A stretch of DNA of 64,000 bases from sequence record PP175015.1; one strand, 5' to 3'. Both the position numbers and the translations under genes were made by a program. This DNA is from Escherichia phage UE-S5a. Each line of letters opens with the position of its first letter. Positions within the stretch are counted from its first letter, which is position 1. Below are positions 9,881-20,656 of this stretch, piece after piece. The notes under the pieces were generated by a model that worked only from the letters and a program-made list of their open reading frames with translations, had not been told where the DNA came from and did not search any database.

Positions 9881-12235
9881 ATGAACGAAATGTTCTCACA
9901 AGGTGGTAAAGGCTCCACTGGTATTCTTACCAACAAACAAGCCATTGCCCGTAAGTTTGGTGTTAAGCAGAATGAGGTTGTTTACTTTGCTGTAGGTGTA
10001 GACTTAGGGGAATACAAGGTCATTTATGATAAGACTACCCAGCGAGCTTACTCATTACCTGCAGACCTTGGTTCAGGGGTTACTGCTGTAAGCCTTAATA
10101 CTGCCGGTGTGTTAGTTCACTCTACTGGTAATGTTGACCTGGGTGCACTAGCTGTTTCACGAGGAGAGTTTATAACAGTCCCTGGGTCCTTCTCTTTGGG
10201 TTATGAGATTAAAGTAAAGAATGAATGTCTTGAATACCAGGGTGGGTTGTATCGATGGGATGGCGCACTGCCAAAGGTTGTAGATGCTGGGTCTGTTCCT
10301 GATATTGGTACAGGAAAGTGGCTGAGCGTCGGTGATGCAGCCCTGCGCAGCCAGATTTCAGACCCGGATGGTGCGTCCAGTTACCCTGAATTGCAGATGG
10401 CAAGATGGCGTGATGAGGGTGATGTTCGAGGCTGGGGTGCTAAAGGGGATGGTGTAACAGATAGTACGGAGAATATAGCTGCTTCACTAAATTCTCAAAA
10501 AGCTGTCGTAGCATCAGACGGTGTATTCTCTAGTTCTGGTATTAATAGTAATTACTGTAACTTAGACGGTAGAGGCAGTGGTGTACTAAGTCACCGTTCA
10601 AGTACAGGTAACTACTTAGTATTTAACAATCTACGCTCAGGTCGCTTAAGTAATATTACGGTAGAAAGTAATAAGGCGACCGATACCACTCAAGGGCAGC
10701 AGGTATCTCTTGCTGGTGGCAGTGATGTTACTATAAGTGATGTTAATTTCTCAAACGTTAAGGGCGCTGGTTTCAGTTTAATCACATACCCTAATGATGC
10801 ACCCTCTGATGGGCTTATGATTAAAGGCATTCGAGGTAGCTACTCCGGCTATGCTACTAATAAGGCGGCTGGATGCATACATGCTGATTCCTCGGTTAAC
10901 TCCCTCATAAATAACGTCATTGCTAAGAACTACCCTCAGTTCGGGGCTGTAGAACTGAAAGGTACAGCCAGTTATAACATAGTCAGCAATGTTATAGGGG
11001 CAGACTGCCAGCATGTAACTTACAACGGTACAGAAGGGTCAATAGCTCCCTCTAACAACCTTATCAATGGGGTAGTGGCTAATAATCCTAAATATGCAGC
11101 GGTTGTTGCAGGCAAAGGTAGTACCAACTTAATCTCAGATGTGCTTGTAGATTTCTCAATCTCTGACGCTAGTCAGGCTCACGGTGTTACAGTAGAAGGC
11201 TCTGATAACGTAATAAGCAATGTGCTTATGTCAGGATGTGATGGTACTAACTCTTTAGGGCAAGCTCAAACTGCTACAATTGCGCGCTTTATAGATACAG
11301 CTAATAACAACTATGCGTCTGTATTTCCTAGCTACAGTGCTACAGGTGTTATTACTTTCGAATCAGGTTCTACCCGTAACTTCGTAGAGGTAAAGCATCC
11401 GGGAAGGAGAAACGACCTTCTCAGTGCTACTGGTACTATTGAAGGTGCAGTTACTATTGACGGCACTAGTAATAGCAACGTAGTGCACGCACCTGCCTTA
11501 GGACAGTACATAGGTAGTATGTCAGGTCGGTTCGAATGGCGGATTAAGTCCATGTCACTTCCGTCAGGCGTTCTTACCTCGGCTGATAAATACAGAATGC
11601 TTGGGGATGGTGCTGTGTCATTAGCTGTAGGCGGGGGTACTTCTTCTCAAGTTCGCCTATTTACTTCTGATGGTACTTCTCGGAAAGTATCACTCACCAA
11701 CGGTAACGTGCGTCTTCCTACCAGTAGCACAGGTTATTTGCAGTTAGGTTCTGATGCAATGACCCCAGATAGTACTAATACATACGCATTAGGTTCCGCA
11801 AGTAGAGCATGGTCTGGCGGTTTTACTCAATCAGCATTCACTGTTGTCTCAGATGCTAGGGATAAAACAGAGCCTCTTAATATCTCAGATGCTTTACTGG
11901 ATGCTTGGTCTGAAGTTGACTTTGTGCAGTTTCAGTACTTGGACAGGATTGAGGAGAAGGGTGCAGACTCAGCCAGATGGCACTTTGGTATCATCGCTCA
12001 GCGAGCTAAGGAGGCTTTCGAACGTCACGGCATAGATGCACATCGCTATGGCTTCCTGTGCTTCGACAGTTGGGATGATGTATATGAGGAAGATGCCAAT
12101 GGCTCTCGTAAACTGATTACACCAGCAGGTTCCCGCTACGGTATTCGTTACGAGGAAGTACTGATATTAGAAGCTGCGTTGATGCGGCGTACTATTAAGC
12201 GTATGCAGGAAGCATTAGCTGTTATGTCTAAGTGA
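9881..12235 (+). CDS. second tailspike (putative depolymerase) with C-terminal intramolecular chaperone domain
   Basis: 784 aa; RDEGDVRGWGAKGDGVTD beta-helix motif; C-terminal SDARDKTEP...LDAWSEVDFVQFQY...WHFGIIAQR chaperone signature; AAGAGG RBS. Confidence 0.7.
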   Translation: MNEMFSQGGKGSTGILTNKQAIARKFGVKQNEVVYFAVGVDLGEYKVIYDKTTQRAYSLPADLGSGVTAVSLNTAGVLVHSTGNVDLGALAVSRGEFITVPGSFSLGYEIKVKNECLEYQGGLYRWDGALPKVVDAGSVPDIGTGKWLSVGDAALRSQISDPDGASSYPELQMARWRDEGDVRGWGAKGDGVTDSTENIAASLNSQKAVVASDGVFSSSGINSNYCNLDGRGSGVLSHRSSTGNYLVFNNLRSGRLSNITVESNKATDTTQGQQVSLAGGSDVTISDVNFSNVKGAGFSLITYPNDAPSDGLMIKGIRGSYSGYATNKAAGCIHADSSVNSLINNVIAKNYPQFGAVELKGTASYNIVSNVIGADCQHVTYNGTEGSIAPSNNLINGVVANNPKYAAVVAGKGSTNLISDVLVDFSISDASQAHGVTVEGSDNVISNVLMSGCDGTNSLGQAQTATIARFIDTANNNYASVFPSYSATGVITFESGSTRNFVEVKHPGRRNDLLSATGTIEGAVTIDGTSNSNVVHAPALGQYIGSMSGRFEWRIKSMSLPSGVLTSADKYRMLGDGAVSLAVGGGTSSQVRLFTSDGTSRKVSLTNGNVRLPTSSTGYLQLGSDAMTPDSTNTYALGSASRAWSGGFTQSAFTVVSDARDKTEPLNISDALLDAWSEVDFVQFQYLDRIEEKGADSARWHFGIIAQRAKEAFERHGIDAHRYGFLCFDSWDDVYEEDANGSRKLITPAGSRYGIRYEEVLILEAALMRRTIKRMQEALAVMSK

Positions 12236-12312
12236 GTAATACTGGTACGGTTAGATCAGTAGAGTTGGTTAACAGTAGCCTACGTACTACCAGGCTATTA
12301 CTTATCTAGGTA

Positions 12313-12343
12313 TAAAACCCCGCTCAGGCGGGGTTTGTTTTTA
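12313..12343. terminator. bidirectional rho-independent terminator
   Basis: AAACCCCGC-tcag-GCGGGGTTT stem-loop followed by GTTTTTAT; A-rich on the other side. Confidence 0.65.
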
Positions 12344-12360
12344 TCTATTAATAATATTTC

Positions 12361-12987
12361 TTATATAGAGTTTACTGTTTGCATTGCCCTAATTGATACT
12401 GCTGTTAGGGTAATTACTTGTCCTGAGATATTAAACATACCTAACTGAATACCGTCTACCATGAAAGGGTCAGTTGAACCAAGTGTGTAAGTAGCCAGTA
12501 CGTTATCTCTGTTAGCAATGTCTGTACCCTGTACTTTAACACTAGCATCTGAACCTACTATCGTAATTCCATTGGTTCGTCTTGTTTGTGTTCTCCATTC
12601 CCTTGCTGTACCTGCACCACCTGCAATAATTCCTGATATACGAACACTGAACATTACCTGGGTATTCCTGGTTCTAATGGGGAACTTAAGATTTCCTTCT
12701 TCAATTGTTAGTGCTGCTGTACCTCCAGGTGATTTAGTTATCCCTGGTAATGAAAAGTAATTGAACCAGGATTGGTCATTTACTGCCTGGCTCCCGGTCC
12801 ATGTATACAAGTCCAGAAGAAATGTGTCTTCTAACTCTGTTGGTGGGAAAGGTAGTAGTTCTGGGGGGATCTCTGAGATGTTATTAGCAGAAACTATTCG
12901 TTCCCCATAACTTCCCACGACCAACAATCCCCCCTTCATTTTGCACACAACATCCCTACCACTTTGGAAAATATCTTTAATAGACAT
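12361..12987 (-). CDS. hypothetical protein encoded antisense to the structural operon (moron-like)
   Basis: ORF track 12361..13014 begins at GTG; ATG at 12987 has GAGGT RBS 7 nt upstream; Gly/Thr-rich beta-type 208-aa protein. Confidence 0.45.
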   Translation of the reverse strand: MSIKDIFQSGRDVVCKMKGGLLVVGSYGERIVSANNISEIPPELLPFPPTELEDTFLLDLYTWTGSQAVNDQSWFNYFSLPGITKSPGGTAALTIEEGNLKFPIRTRNTQVMFSVRISGIIAGGAGTAREWRTQTRRTNGITIVGSDASVKVQGTDIANRDNVLATYTLGSTDPFMVDGIQLGMFNISGQVITLTAVSIRAMQTVNSI

Positions 12988-13111
12988 AGTTACCTCGCAG
13001 TTGATACCAGACACTATGTCTGGATGTATCCCATCATACTAAGTATTATCTAAGAGTCATCTTATGATACGACCCTATTGGGGTTCTTAACTTTACAACT
13101 ACGGTAATATT

Positions 13112-13441
13112 ATGAATGAATCGGGCGAACTGCTTCTAGTCAGACTGGAGGAACGATTGAAGACTCTGTTTGAGAATCAGACGAGAGACAGACAGGACCG
13201 TGAGAAACTGGAGGAAACTCTGGGAGAATTACGGGATTCAATCAATGACATAGGCAATAGACTAAAAAATGTGGAGGATAGCTTAGCTAAGAATGAACCT
13301 ACTATTGAAGAGTTCATCACCATTAAGCATAAAGTTGTTGGTGCTGGAATTTTTGGTAAGTGGGTATGGGCTGGAGCAGGTGCAATTATTGGTGTATTGG
13401 CTGCTGCAAGACGGGAGATATTCGCATGGTTCGCAGGCTAA
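13112..13441 (+). CDS. coiled-coil protein with C-terminal transmembrane segment (lysis-associated candidate)
   Basis: 109 aa; charged helical N-terminus, C-terminal GAGIFGKWVWAGAGAIIGVLAAA hydrophobic segment; directly upstream of holin-like gene. Confidence 0.4.
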   Translation: MNESGELLLVRLEERLKTLFENQTRDRQDREKLEETLGELRDSINDIGNRLKNVEDSLAKNEPTIEEFITIKHKVVGAGIFGKWVWAGAGAIIGVLAAARREIFAWFAG

Positions 13442-13686
13442 AAAGAAAAGTAGAGTTAGTACCTAACTGGAAAAGGTGTTGGAAGTGGGCATCCATTCAG
13501 ATTAGTACACTTGGTTTAGTTCTATTTTCCGCTATAGATATTATCCAACCAATGGTGACAGGATTACCTCGTCACATCTTGGAAGATATTCCCCATGGTT
13601 CCAATATTGCAATCGCACTGTTTGCCTTAAACATCATAGGCAGATTAATACGATTCCGACCAAAGGAAGATTCACATGAAAGCTAA
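13426..13686 (+). CDS. putative holin / pinholin (two TM segments)
   Basis: ATG 13426 inside ORF 13360..13686; MVRRLKRK basic N-terminus followed by two hydrophobic segments; immediately upstream of endolysin. Confidence 0.45.
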   Translation: MVRRLKRKVELVPNWKRCWKWASIQISTLGLVLFSAIDIIQPMVTGLPRHILEDIPHGSNIAIALFALNIIGRLIRFRPKEDSHES

Positions 13687-14311
13687 ACAGAAACTTGCTG
13701 CAAAAGGTGGTGCAGTGGGAGGGGTTATCGCTGCTATTCTGGGGGCAGTGTTCTATATGGAAGGAGGTTATGTAAACAATCCTCGTGACCCAGGTGGGGA
13801 AACTAATCATGGTATTACCCAATCAGTAGCTAAGACTCATAAAGAAGTTCTGGCTACTGAGTATGGTTGGGATGGTTCTATGAAGGGTTTATCTAAAGAG
13901 ATGGCTGCTGAGATATACATTGATGACTATGTACTTAAACCTAACTTCGTAGCCTTCGCTGATATATCTCCTGCTGTAACGCATAAGCTAGTAGATGCTG
14001 GTGTTAATACTGGTGTAACCCGTCCTGCTAAGTGGTTGCAGATGTCTCTTAATGAAATGTCACGTAATGGCAAAGACTACCCTAAAATACAGGTTGATGG
14101 TAAAGTCGGTACAAGTACTGTTAATGCATATAAAGCATTACAGAAAAAACGGGGCAAAGTTGCAGCATGTCAGGTAATGATTAAGCTGCTTGATGCTAAA
14201 CAACTGAACCACTATACCTCATTAAACATGCCAGACTTTACGTATGGTTGGGTAGCTAACCGAATAGGCAATGTGCCACTGGAGGCATGTAATGAAGATG
14301 CTAATCTCTAA
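13676..14311 (+). CDS. SAR endolysin, GH108-type N-acetylmuramidase with peptidoglycan-binding domain
   Basis: EGGYVNNPRDPGGETNHGITQ matches the GH108 signature; N-terminal Gly/Ala-rich weakly hydrophobic segment typical of signal-anchor-release domains. Confidence 0.75.
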   Translation: MKAKQKLAAKGGAVGGVIAAILGAVFYMEGGYVNNPRDPGGETNHGITQSVAKTHKEVLATEYGWDGSMKGLSKEMAAEIYIDDYVLKPNFVAFADISPAVTHKLVDAGVNTGVTRPAKWLQMSLNEMSRNGKDYPKIQVDGKVGTSTVNAYKALQKKRGKVAACQVMIKLLDAKQLNHYTSLNMPDFTYGWVANRIGNVPLEACNEDANL

Positions 14312-14798
14312 AGGTTGGCCTTATCTTCTGGTGGTGGTCCTTGGGGCCACCATTTACTTTTGGGGCAATTCCAATGGGCAGTCTACTGTTCAAAAGAAAT
14401 GGGATGCCCAAAAGGTCGAAGACCAAAAGGCAACGCAAAAATTACAGGACAAATACAATGCTCTCCAAAGAAACCATAGTTATGAAGTCGGGTTACTCAC
14501 TTCCCGGTTGCAGACGGCTGAGAGTAATTACGCAAGCGAGCTTGCTCGCGTTAGCAGTGATTACGACAGCCGGATGCAACAGTCTGAAAGACGAGCATCG
14601 GTATATAAACGTCAAGCCGAAGCCGGAACCCTTGAGTGCAGAAGTCTTGCAAGCCATGCAGCCAGACTCGACAATAGTCTTGAAGAAGGCAGACGTTTGG
14701 TTGAAGAACTCCGGGCAACTGTTAGACTCCGTGACAGCCAACTAATTGAGTTGGGTAAACAGATTCAGGCTGACCGTAAACTTTTTGAACAGGAATAA
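14292..14798 (+). CDS. i-spanin (Rz-like)
   Basis: ORF 14271..14798; GGAGG 6 nt upstream of ATG 14292; N-terminal TM ([17 protein letters not shown]) then long charged coiled-coil region. Confidence 0.6.
   Translation: MKMLISKGWPYLLVVVLGATIYFWGNSNGQSTVQKKWDAQKVEDQKATQKLQDKYNALQRNHSYEVGLLTSRLQTAESNYASELARVSSDYDSRMQQSERRASVYKRQAEAGTLECRSLASHAARLDNSLEEGRRLVEELRATVRLRDSQLIELGKQIQADRKLFEQE
14482..14745 (+). CDS. o-spanin (Rz1-like lipoprotein) embedded in the i-spanin gene in another frame
   Basis: Internal ATG at 14482 of ORF 14341..14745; signal-like [22 protein letters not shown] with lipobox-like TAGC, followed by Pro-rich segment. Confidence 0.45.
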   Translation: MKSGYSLPGCRRLRVITQASLLALAVITTAGCNSLKDEHRYINVKPKPEPLSAEVLQAMQPDSTIVLKKADVWLKNSGQLLDSVTAN

Positions 14799-14800
14799 CT

Positions 14801-17071
14801 ATGGAACACCAAGACACTTTTAAGCCTTTACCAGACCCGGCTCAATCAGAGAAGTTAACGGACTGGAAGAAGGAACCAAGTATCCAATTACTGAAGGGTG
14901 ATTTGGAATCTGCTAAACCTGCTCACGATGCAATCATGGCACAGATTCGTGAGTGGAATGATTTAATGGAAGTAAAGGGTAAGGCTAAACCCCCAAAGGT
15001 TAAGGGACGCTCGCAAGTCCAGCCTAGACTGGTTCGCCGTCAGGCAGAGTGGCGTTATGCTCCATTGTCTGAACCATTCCTCTCGTCTAACAAACTATTT
15101 AAGGTAACTCCGGTTACTTTTGAAGATGAGTTAGCTGCACGCCAGAATGAGCTAGTTCTTAACTACCAATTCCGTACTCAGCTTAATAAAGTAAAACTGG
15201 TAGATGATTACGTGCATAGTGTCGTAGATGACGGTACTGGTATTGCTCGTATTGGTTGGGAACGTAAGACAGTTAAGATTAAAACAGAAACACCAGTCTT
15301 CCAGTTGTACCCAATTGAGAACCAGGAACAAGCAGATATTCTTCAGCAGGCTTTGCAGCTTCAGGCAGAGAATCCTCGTGAGTATGATGAAACGATGCCA
15401 GAAGATATTAAGGAAGCTGTTAACTACTTCAATGAAACTGGAGAAGCTACTTATGCAATTCAGACAGGGGTCACTGAAGTAGAAGTAGAAAAAGCACTGG
15501 TTAACAGACCTACCGTTGAAATGCTTAATCCTAATAACGTAGTTATTGACCCAAGCTGTAATGGTGATTTGGACAAGGCTCTTTATGCAGTCATCTCATT
15601 TGAGACTTGTAAAGCAGACCTCATGAAAAACAAGGACCGTTACCACAACCTGGATAAGATTGACTGGGAAAGTTCCAGTCCTATGACTGACCCAGACCAT
15701 GAAAGTAAAACTCCAGGTGACTTCCAGTTTAAGGATGCACTTCGCAAGAAAGTAATTGCTTATGAGTACTGGGGATTCTACGACATTAACGATGATGGTT
15801 CGCTGGAACCAATTGTTGCTACCTGGATTGGTTCTACTCTTATTCGTATGGAGAAGAACCCATTCCCAGATGGTAAGTTACCATTGGTAGTTGTTCCTTA
15901 TATGCCTCGTAAACGTGAACTCTATGGTGAAGCTGATGCTGAATTGCTAGGAGATAACCAAGCAATTCTTGGTGCAACCATGCGTGGGATGATTGACCTG
16001 TTGGGCCGAAGTGCAAATGGTCAACGTGGTTATCCTAAAGGGATGTTAGATACCCTGAACCGTCGTCGATACGATGATGGACAAGACTACGAATATAACC
16101 CAATGCAGGGCAATCCTAGTCAGGCCATTATGGAACACAAGTTCCCTGAGTTACCCCAGTCGGCAATAGTAATGACTCAGATGCAAAACCAGGAAGCAGA
16201 AGCACTAACGGGTGTTAAAGCATTCTCGGGTGGTGTAACTGGTGAAGCTTACGGAGATGTAGCTGCTGGTATTCGTGGTGTACTAGATGCAGCATCCAAA
16301 CGTGAGATGGCAATCCTTCGTCGATTAGCTAAGGGTATGGCAGACATTGGTACTAAGATTTGTGCAATGAATGCTGTGTTCTTATCTGAGAAAGAAGTAG
16401 TACGTATTACTAACGAGCAGTACGTAGAGATTAACCGTGAAGACCTTAAAGGTAATTTCGACATTGAAGTTGATATTAATACTGCTGAGATTGATAACCA
16501 GAAATCCCAGGACTTGAGCTTCATGGTTCAAACGTTAGGTAATACGGTTGACCAGACTATTACGTTATCTCTTGTAGCTAAGATTGCAGAACTTAAACGT
16601 ATGCCAGACCTTGCTCATGAGTTACGTACATGGCAACCACAACCAGACCCTATGGAAGAACAGCTTAAGCAATTGGCAATTCAGAAAGCACAGCTTGAGA
16701 ACGAAGAGCTGCAAAGTAAGATTGCACTCAATATGGCTAAGGCTAAAGAGGCTGCTTCTAGTGGTGACCTTAAAGATCTGGATTATCTGGAACAGGAATC
16801 TGGTACTAAACATGCTCGTGACATGGAAAAACAAAAAGCACAATCCCAAGGAAACCAAAACCTTCAGATAACTAAGGCGTTGACAACACCTACTAAAGAA
16901 GGTGAAACTACCCCCAACATATCTGCTGCTGTTGGATATAACGCTTTGACTAACGGGAACTCTATACCAGAACGTGACTTAGCTGCACAACAAGACCCAG
17001 CTTATTCACTTAGTTCCCAATTCTATGACCCTAGCCAAGACCCAGCATCGGCTCTTGGCATGAACTTGTAA
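14801..17071 (+). CDS. portal protein
   Basis: 756 aa, size and position in N4-like head module; AGGAA RBS. Confidence 0.7.
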   Translation: MEHQDTFKPLPDPAQSEKLTDWKKEPSIQLLKGDLESAKPAHDAIMAQIREWNDLMEVKGKAKPPKVKGRSQVQPRLVRRQAEWRYAPLSEPFLSSNKLFKVTPVTFEDELAARQNELVLNYQFRTQLNKVKLVDDYVHSVVDDGTGIARIGWERKTVKIKTETPVFQLYPIENQEQADILQQALQLQAENPREYDETMPEDIKEAVNYFNETGEATYAIQTGVTEVEVEKALVNRPTVEMLNPNNVVIDPSCNGDLDKALYAVISFETCKADLMKNKDRYHNLDKIDWESSSPMTDPDHESKTPGDFQFKDALRKKVIAYEYWGFYDINDDGSLEPIVATWIGSTLIRMEKNPFPDGKLPLVVVPYMPRKRELYGEADAELLGDNQAILGATMRGMIDLLGRSANGQRGYPKGMLDTLNRRRYDDGQDYEYNPMQGNPSQAIMEHKFPELPQSAIVMTQMQNQEAEALTGVKAFSGGVTGEAYGDVAAGIRGVLDAASKREMAILRRLAKGMADIGTKICAMNAVFLSEKEVVRITNEQYVEINREDLKGNFDIEVDINTAEIDNQKSQDLSFMVQTLGNTVDQTITLSLVAKIAELKRMPDLAHELRTWQPQPDPMEEQLKQLAIQKAQLENEELQSKIALNMAKAKEAASSGDLKDLDYLEQESGTKHARDMEKQKAQSQGNQNLQITKALTTPTKEGETTPNISAAVGYNALTNGNSIPERDLAAQQDPAYSLSSQFYDPSQDPASALGMNL

Positions 17072-17084
17072 GGCAGACCTTCAC

Positions 17085-17429
17085 ATGAGTAAAGAATCAA
17101 CAATCGCTGGACTGGAACATCGACTGGAAGCTGCTAAAGGTGCAGTTGCACACGCAGAAGATGTACGTAAACTTCTGGAGAATCCACTGTTCCGTAAAGT
17201 AATTCTTCGCCAGTTCTGTGTAGAAGATTGTGCACGTTACGTGCAGGAGTCTGGTGACCCACTGCTTGAACCAAATAACCGTGCAGATGCACTTAACATG
17301 GCTCAAGCTGCTGGTCACTTACGTCGTTGGCTCGACCTCGCCATTCGTATGGGCGAAAACGAAGCTGACGTTATTCTTCAGGTAGAAGAAGAACTCGATG
17401 CAGTTCGTGCTGAACCTGAAGATGAATAA
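17085..17429 (+). CDS. hypothetical head-morphogenesis protein
   Basis: 114-aa ORF between portal and scaffold-like gene. Confidence 0.4.
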   Translation: MSKESTIAGLEHRLEAAKGAVAHAEDVRKLLENPLFRKVILRQFCVEDCARYVQESGDPLLEPNNRADALNMAQAAGHLRRWLDLAIRMGENEADVILQVEEELDAVRAEPEDE

Positions 17430-17448
17430 TTAACCGGAGATATTTCCT

Positions 17449-18669
17449 ATGACTACGGAAGCTGCAACCACAGCTTCCGACATTCTCGCAATGTCGGATG
17501 ATGAGATTCTGAATATGGAAGCCCCAGCAGTTATCGCTGAGGAAGATACTTCCACTCAGAACAACCCAGAAACCAACGGCGTACAGACTCCTGATGAAGA
17601 AGTTGACCCCTCTGCTGTTGAAGACCTACCAACCGAAGAAACCTCCCCTGAAACCGAACCAGTTGAAGAAGATGCAGCAAATTCTTTAACTTCTGATAAA
17701 GTTGATGATAAAGTTGTTGACACAGAAGTTGATAGTAACGGTAAGCCGATTACTAAAGCTGAACCTTCTACTGCTGAACCCGGCCAGGAACAGAAAGAAG
17801 AAGGCAAACAGTCTGAAGGTCTGCCTGCTGACTTCAACTATAAGGAAGGTTATGAGAAGTTGATGGCTCCTTTTAAAGCTAACGGCAAAATGATTACTCC
17901 CCGTTCACCGGAGGAGGCCATTAGCCTGATGCAGATGGGTGCTAACTATACTCGTAAGATGCAAGAACTTCAGCCGTACCGTAAGGTAATGCTGATGTTA
18001 CAGAACAACGGTTTAATGGATGAGGACAAACTCTCTTTCCTGATTGACCTGGATAAGAAGAATCCTGAGGCCATTAAGAAGTTGCTCAAAGACTCTGGTA
18101 CAGACCCTCTGGACTTTAACCCAGATGAGGAAATTAACTACCAGGGTGGCAATCACCGTGTTACCGACACCGAAGCAGATTTTGCAACCGAAATTGACGA
18201 CTTAAAGTCTACTCAAGAAGGACAAGCTACATTAGGTGTTATTGGCTCGACATGGGATGCTGCCAGTAAAGATGCTCTTTATCAGAATCGTGGCTTACTC
18301 CATACGATTCACGAACAGCGTGAGAATGGTATTTATGACACCATTGCTAACGAAGTGAATCGTCTTCAGATGTTAGGTCAGATTCCGGTAGGTACTCCGT
18401 TTATTCAGGCTTATAACTACGTTGGTAATCTCCTTGCACAACAGGGAGCATTTAACCAAGTAGCTAAGCCTGAACCGGTACAAGCAGTTAAACCAGCGGT
18501 TCAGCCGGTAGTGCGTGTAGCACAACCTAAGCAGACTCTGGCTAACAACGAGCAAGCTAAAGCAGCTTCCCTTAATCGGGCTGCTACACGCAAAGCAACA
18601 CCTATTGTAAACCCACTCGCCATGAGTGATGAAGATTTCGCTAAACTCCCAGTACCGGGTAGTCTTTAA
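17449..18669 (+). CDS. putative scaffolding protein
   Basis: 406 aa, highly acidic Glu/Asp/Pro-rich N-terminus, immediately upstream of major capsid gene. Confidence 0.4.
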   Translation: MTTEAATTASDILAMSDDEILNMEAPAVIAEEDTSTQNNPETNGVQTPDEEVDPSAVEDLPTEETSPETEPVEEDAANSLTSDKVDDKVVDTEVDSNGKPITKAEPSTAEPGQEQKEEGKQSEGLPADFNYKEGYEKLMAPFKANGKMITPRSPEEAISLMQMGANYTRKMQELQPYRKVMLMLQNNGLMDEDKLSFLIDLDKKNPEAIKKLLKDSGTDPLDFNPDEEINYQGGNHRVTDTEADFATEIDDLKSTQEGQATLGVIGSTWDAASKDALYQNRGLLHTIHEQRENGIYDTIANEVNRLQMLGQIPVGTPFIQAYNYVGNLLAQQGAFNQVAKPEPVQAVKPAVQPVVRVAQPKQTLANNEQAKAASLNRAATRKATPIVNPLAMSDEDFAKLPVPGSL

Positions 18670-18685
18670 ACAGGAATAATACGAT

Positions 18686-19888
18686 ATGTTAAACTATAAC
18701 GCTCCAATTGACGGTCAGAAATCTAGCATTGATGGTGCTGGTTCCGATCAGATGAATACCTTTTACTGGCTGAAGAAAGCTATTATTCAGTCTCGTAAAG
18801 ACCAGTACTTCATGCCACTGGCTAACACCATTAACATGCCTAAGAACTATGGTAAGACTGTTAAGGTGTATGAGTACGTTCCACTGCTCGACGATAAGAA
18901 CATTAACGACCAGGGCATTGATGCTAATGGTGCTACCATCGTTAATGGTAACCTGTATGGTTCTTCTAAAGACGTAGGTAACATCACTTCCAAACTGCCT
19001 CTGCTGACAGAGAATGGTGGTCGTGTTAACCGTGTAGGCTTTACCCGTCTGTCTCGTGAAGGCTCCATCCATAAGTTCGGTTTCTTCTACGAATTTACCC
19101 AAGAGTCCCTGGACTTTGATTCTGATGATCAACTGAAAGAACACCTGTCTCGCGAACTGATGAACGGTGCTGTACAGTTGACTGAAGCTGTTCTCCAGAA
19201 AGACCTGCTTGCTGCTGCTGGTACTGTATTGTATGCAGGTGCTGCTACTTCTGATGCTACCATCACCGGTGAAGGTTCTACTCCGTCTGTAGTTTCTTAT
19301 AAGAACCTGATGCGTCTTGACCAGATTCTTACTGAGAACCGTACCCCGACTCAGACTACTATTATCACTGGTTCTAAACTGACTGATACCAAAGTACTTG
19401 GTGGTACTCGTGTAATGTACGTTGGTTCTGAATTGGTTCCAGAACTGAAAGCGATGAAAGATCTGTTCGGTAACAAAGCATTCATCGAAATTCAGCACTA
19501 TGCTGATGCCGGTACTCTGATGAATGGTGAAGTTGGTTGTATCGACAAGTTCCGTATTATCCAGGTTCCTGAGATGCTGCATTGGGCAGGTGCTGGTGCT
19601 CAGGCTACTTCTAACCCAGGCTATCGTTCTACTATGGTTGGTGGTCAGGAACACTACGACGTATTCCCGATGCTGGTAGTTGGTGATGACTCCTTCTCTA
19701 CCATTGGCTTCCAGACTGATGGTAAGTCTGTTAAGTTCTCCATCATGACTAAGATGCCTGGTAAAGAAACTGCTGACCGTAATGACCCGTATGGTGAAAC
19801 TGGCTTCAGTTCTATCAAGTGGTACTACGGTATCCTGGTTAAACGCCCAGAACGTCTGGCTATGATTAAGACTGTTGCTCCTCTGTAA
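18686..19888 (+). CDS. major capsid protein
   Basis: 400 aa, strong codon bias, position after scaffold-like gene, followed by stem-loop; AGGAA RBS. Confidence 0.75.
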   Translation: MLNYNAPIDGQKSSIDGAGSDQMNTFYWLKKAIIQSRKDQYFMPLANTINMPKNYGKTVKVYEYVPLLDDKNINDQGIDANGATIVNGNLYGSSKDVGNITSKLPLLTENGGRVNRVGFTRLSREGSIHKFGFFYEFTQESLDFDSDDQLKEHLSRELMNGAVQLTEAVLQKDLLAAAGTVLYAGAATSDATITGEGSTPSVVSYKNLMRLDQILTENRTPTQTTIITGSKLTDTKVLGGTRVMYVGSELVPELKAMKDLFGNKAFIEIQHYADAGTLMNGEVGCIDKFRIIQVPEMLHWAGAGAQATSNPGYRSTMVGGQEHYDVFPMLVVGDDSFSTIGFQTDGKSVKFSIMTKMPGKETADRNDPYGETGFSSIKWYYGILVKRPERLAMIKTVAPL

Positions 19889-19902
19889 TAGTCCGAAATA
19901 AA

Positions 19903-19930
19903 ACAAGGGGGACTAATGTCCCCCTCTTAA
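19903..19930. terminator. stem-loop after capsid gene (terminator/attenuator candidate)
   Basis: AGGGGGAC-taat-GTCCCCCT 8-bp stem at 19906-19925; U-tract weak on + strand. Confidence 0.4.
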
Positions 19931-19955
19931 TAAAACTGAATGAACCACAGGAAAT

Positions 19956-20597
19956 ATGAACATGAGCATTAACGATAAACCGACCACTGACGTAGAAGTG
20001 AACGTACAGGGCAACGAAGATACCGTTAACGATATTGCAATGCCTAGCGAACTTGAAGTTCTTAAGCAACGTGCAACGTTGATGAATATCAAGTTCTCTA
20101 ACAACATTTCCGTTGAAAAGCTTCGTGAGAAGATTGAAGCTGCACAAGTAAAAGATGAACCAGTATTAGAAGAAGCTGCCGTTAATCCGCTGGGTGAAAA
20201 ACAGGAAGCTGGTGTTAAGAAGATGACTCTTGGTCAAAAGATTCGTGCAGAACAGACTCGACTGATTCGTGTACGTATCCAGAACCTTGACCCTAAGAAG
20301 AAAGACCTGCCAGGTGAGATTATCACCGTAGCTAACGAATATATGGGTACTGTGCGTAAGTTTGTTCCATTCGGTGAAGTAACCGACAATGGTTATCACA
20401 TTCCGTATTGTATCTACGAGTTCCTTAAAGAGCGTAAGTTCATCAACATTACGACCCGTAAAGGTAAGAATGGCTTACCGGATATTCGTGCAACTGAAGC
20501 ACGAGAGTTCTCCATTGAGGTACTGCCTCCGTTGACTGAAGCTGAATTAGCTCAACTAGCTCAGGCACAGATTGCTGCTGGTAGCCTGAACGATTAA
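19956..20597 (+). CDS. hypothetical virion protein
   Basis: 213-aa ORF in structural operon. Confidence 0.4.
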   Translation: MNMSINDKPTTDVEVNVQGNEDTVNDIAMPSELEVLKQRATLMNIKFSNNISVEKLREKIEAAQVKDEPVLEEAAVNPLGEKQEAGVKKMTLGQKIRAEQTRLIRVRIQNLDPKKKDLPGEIITVANEYMGTVRKFVPFGEVTDNGYHIPYCIYEFLKERKFINITTRKGKNGLPDIRATEAREFSIEVLPPLTEAELAQLAQAQIAAGSLND

Positions 20598-20617
20598 CGT
20601 ATAAGCTACAGTTCAAC

Positions 20618-20656
20618 ACGGCTCACTGGGGTAACTCCGTGGGCCGTTTCTTTTTG
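20618..20656 (+). terminator. rho-independent terminator
   Basis: ACGGCTCAC / GTGGGCCGT stem with 12-nt loop followed by TTCTTTTTG. Confidence 0.5.

Noticed and set aside
18689-19906. 405-aa ORF on the minus strand spanning the whole capsid gene
   Set aside because: Antisense to a strongly supported major capsid gene; product is low-complexity Ser/Thr/Leu/Arg-rich with no RBS; long antisense open frames are a known by-product of codon bias
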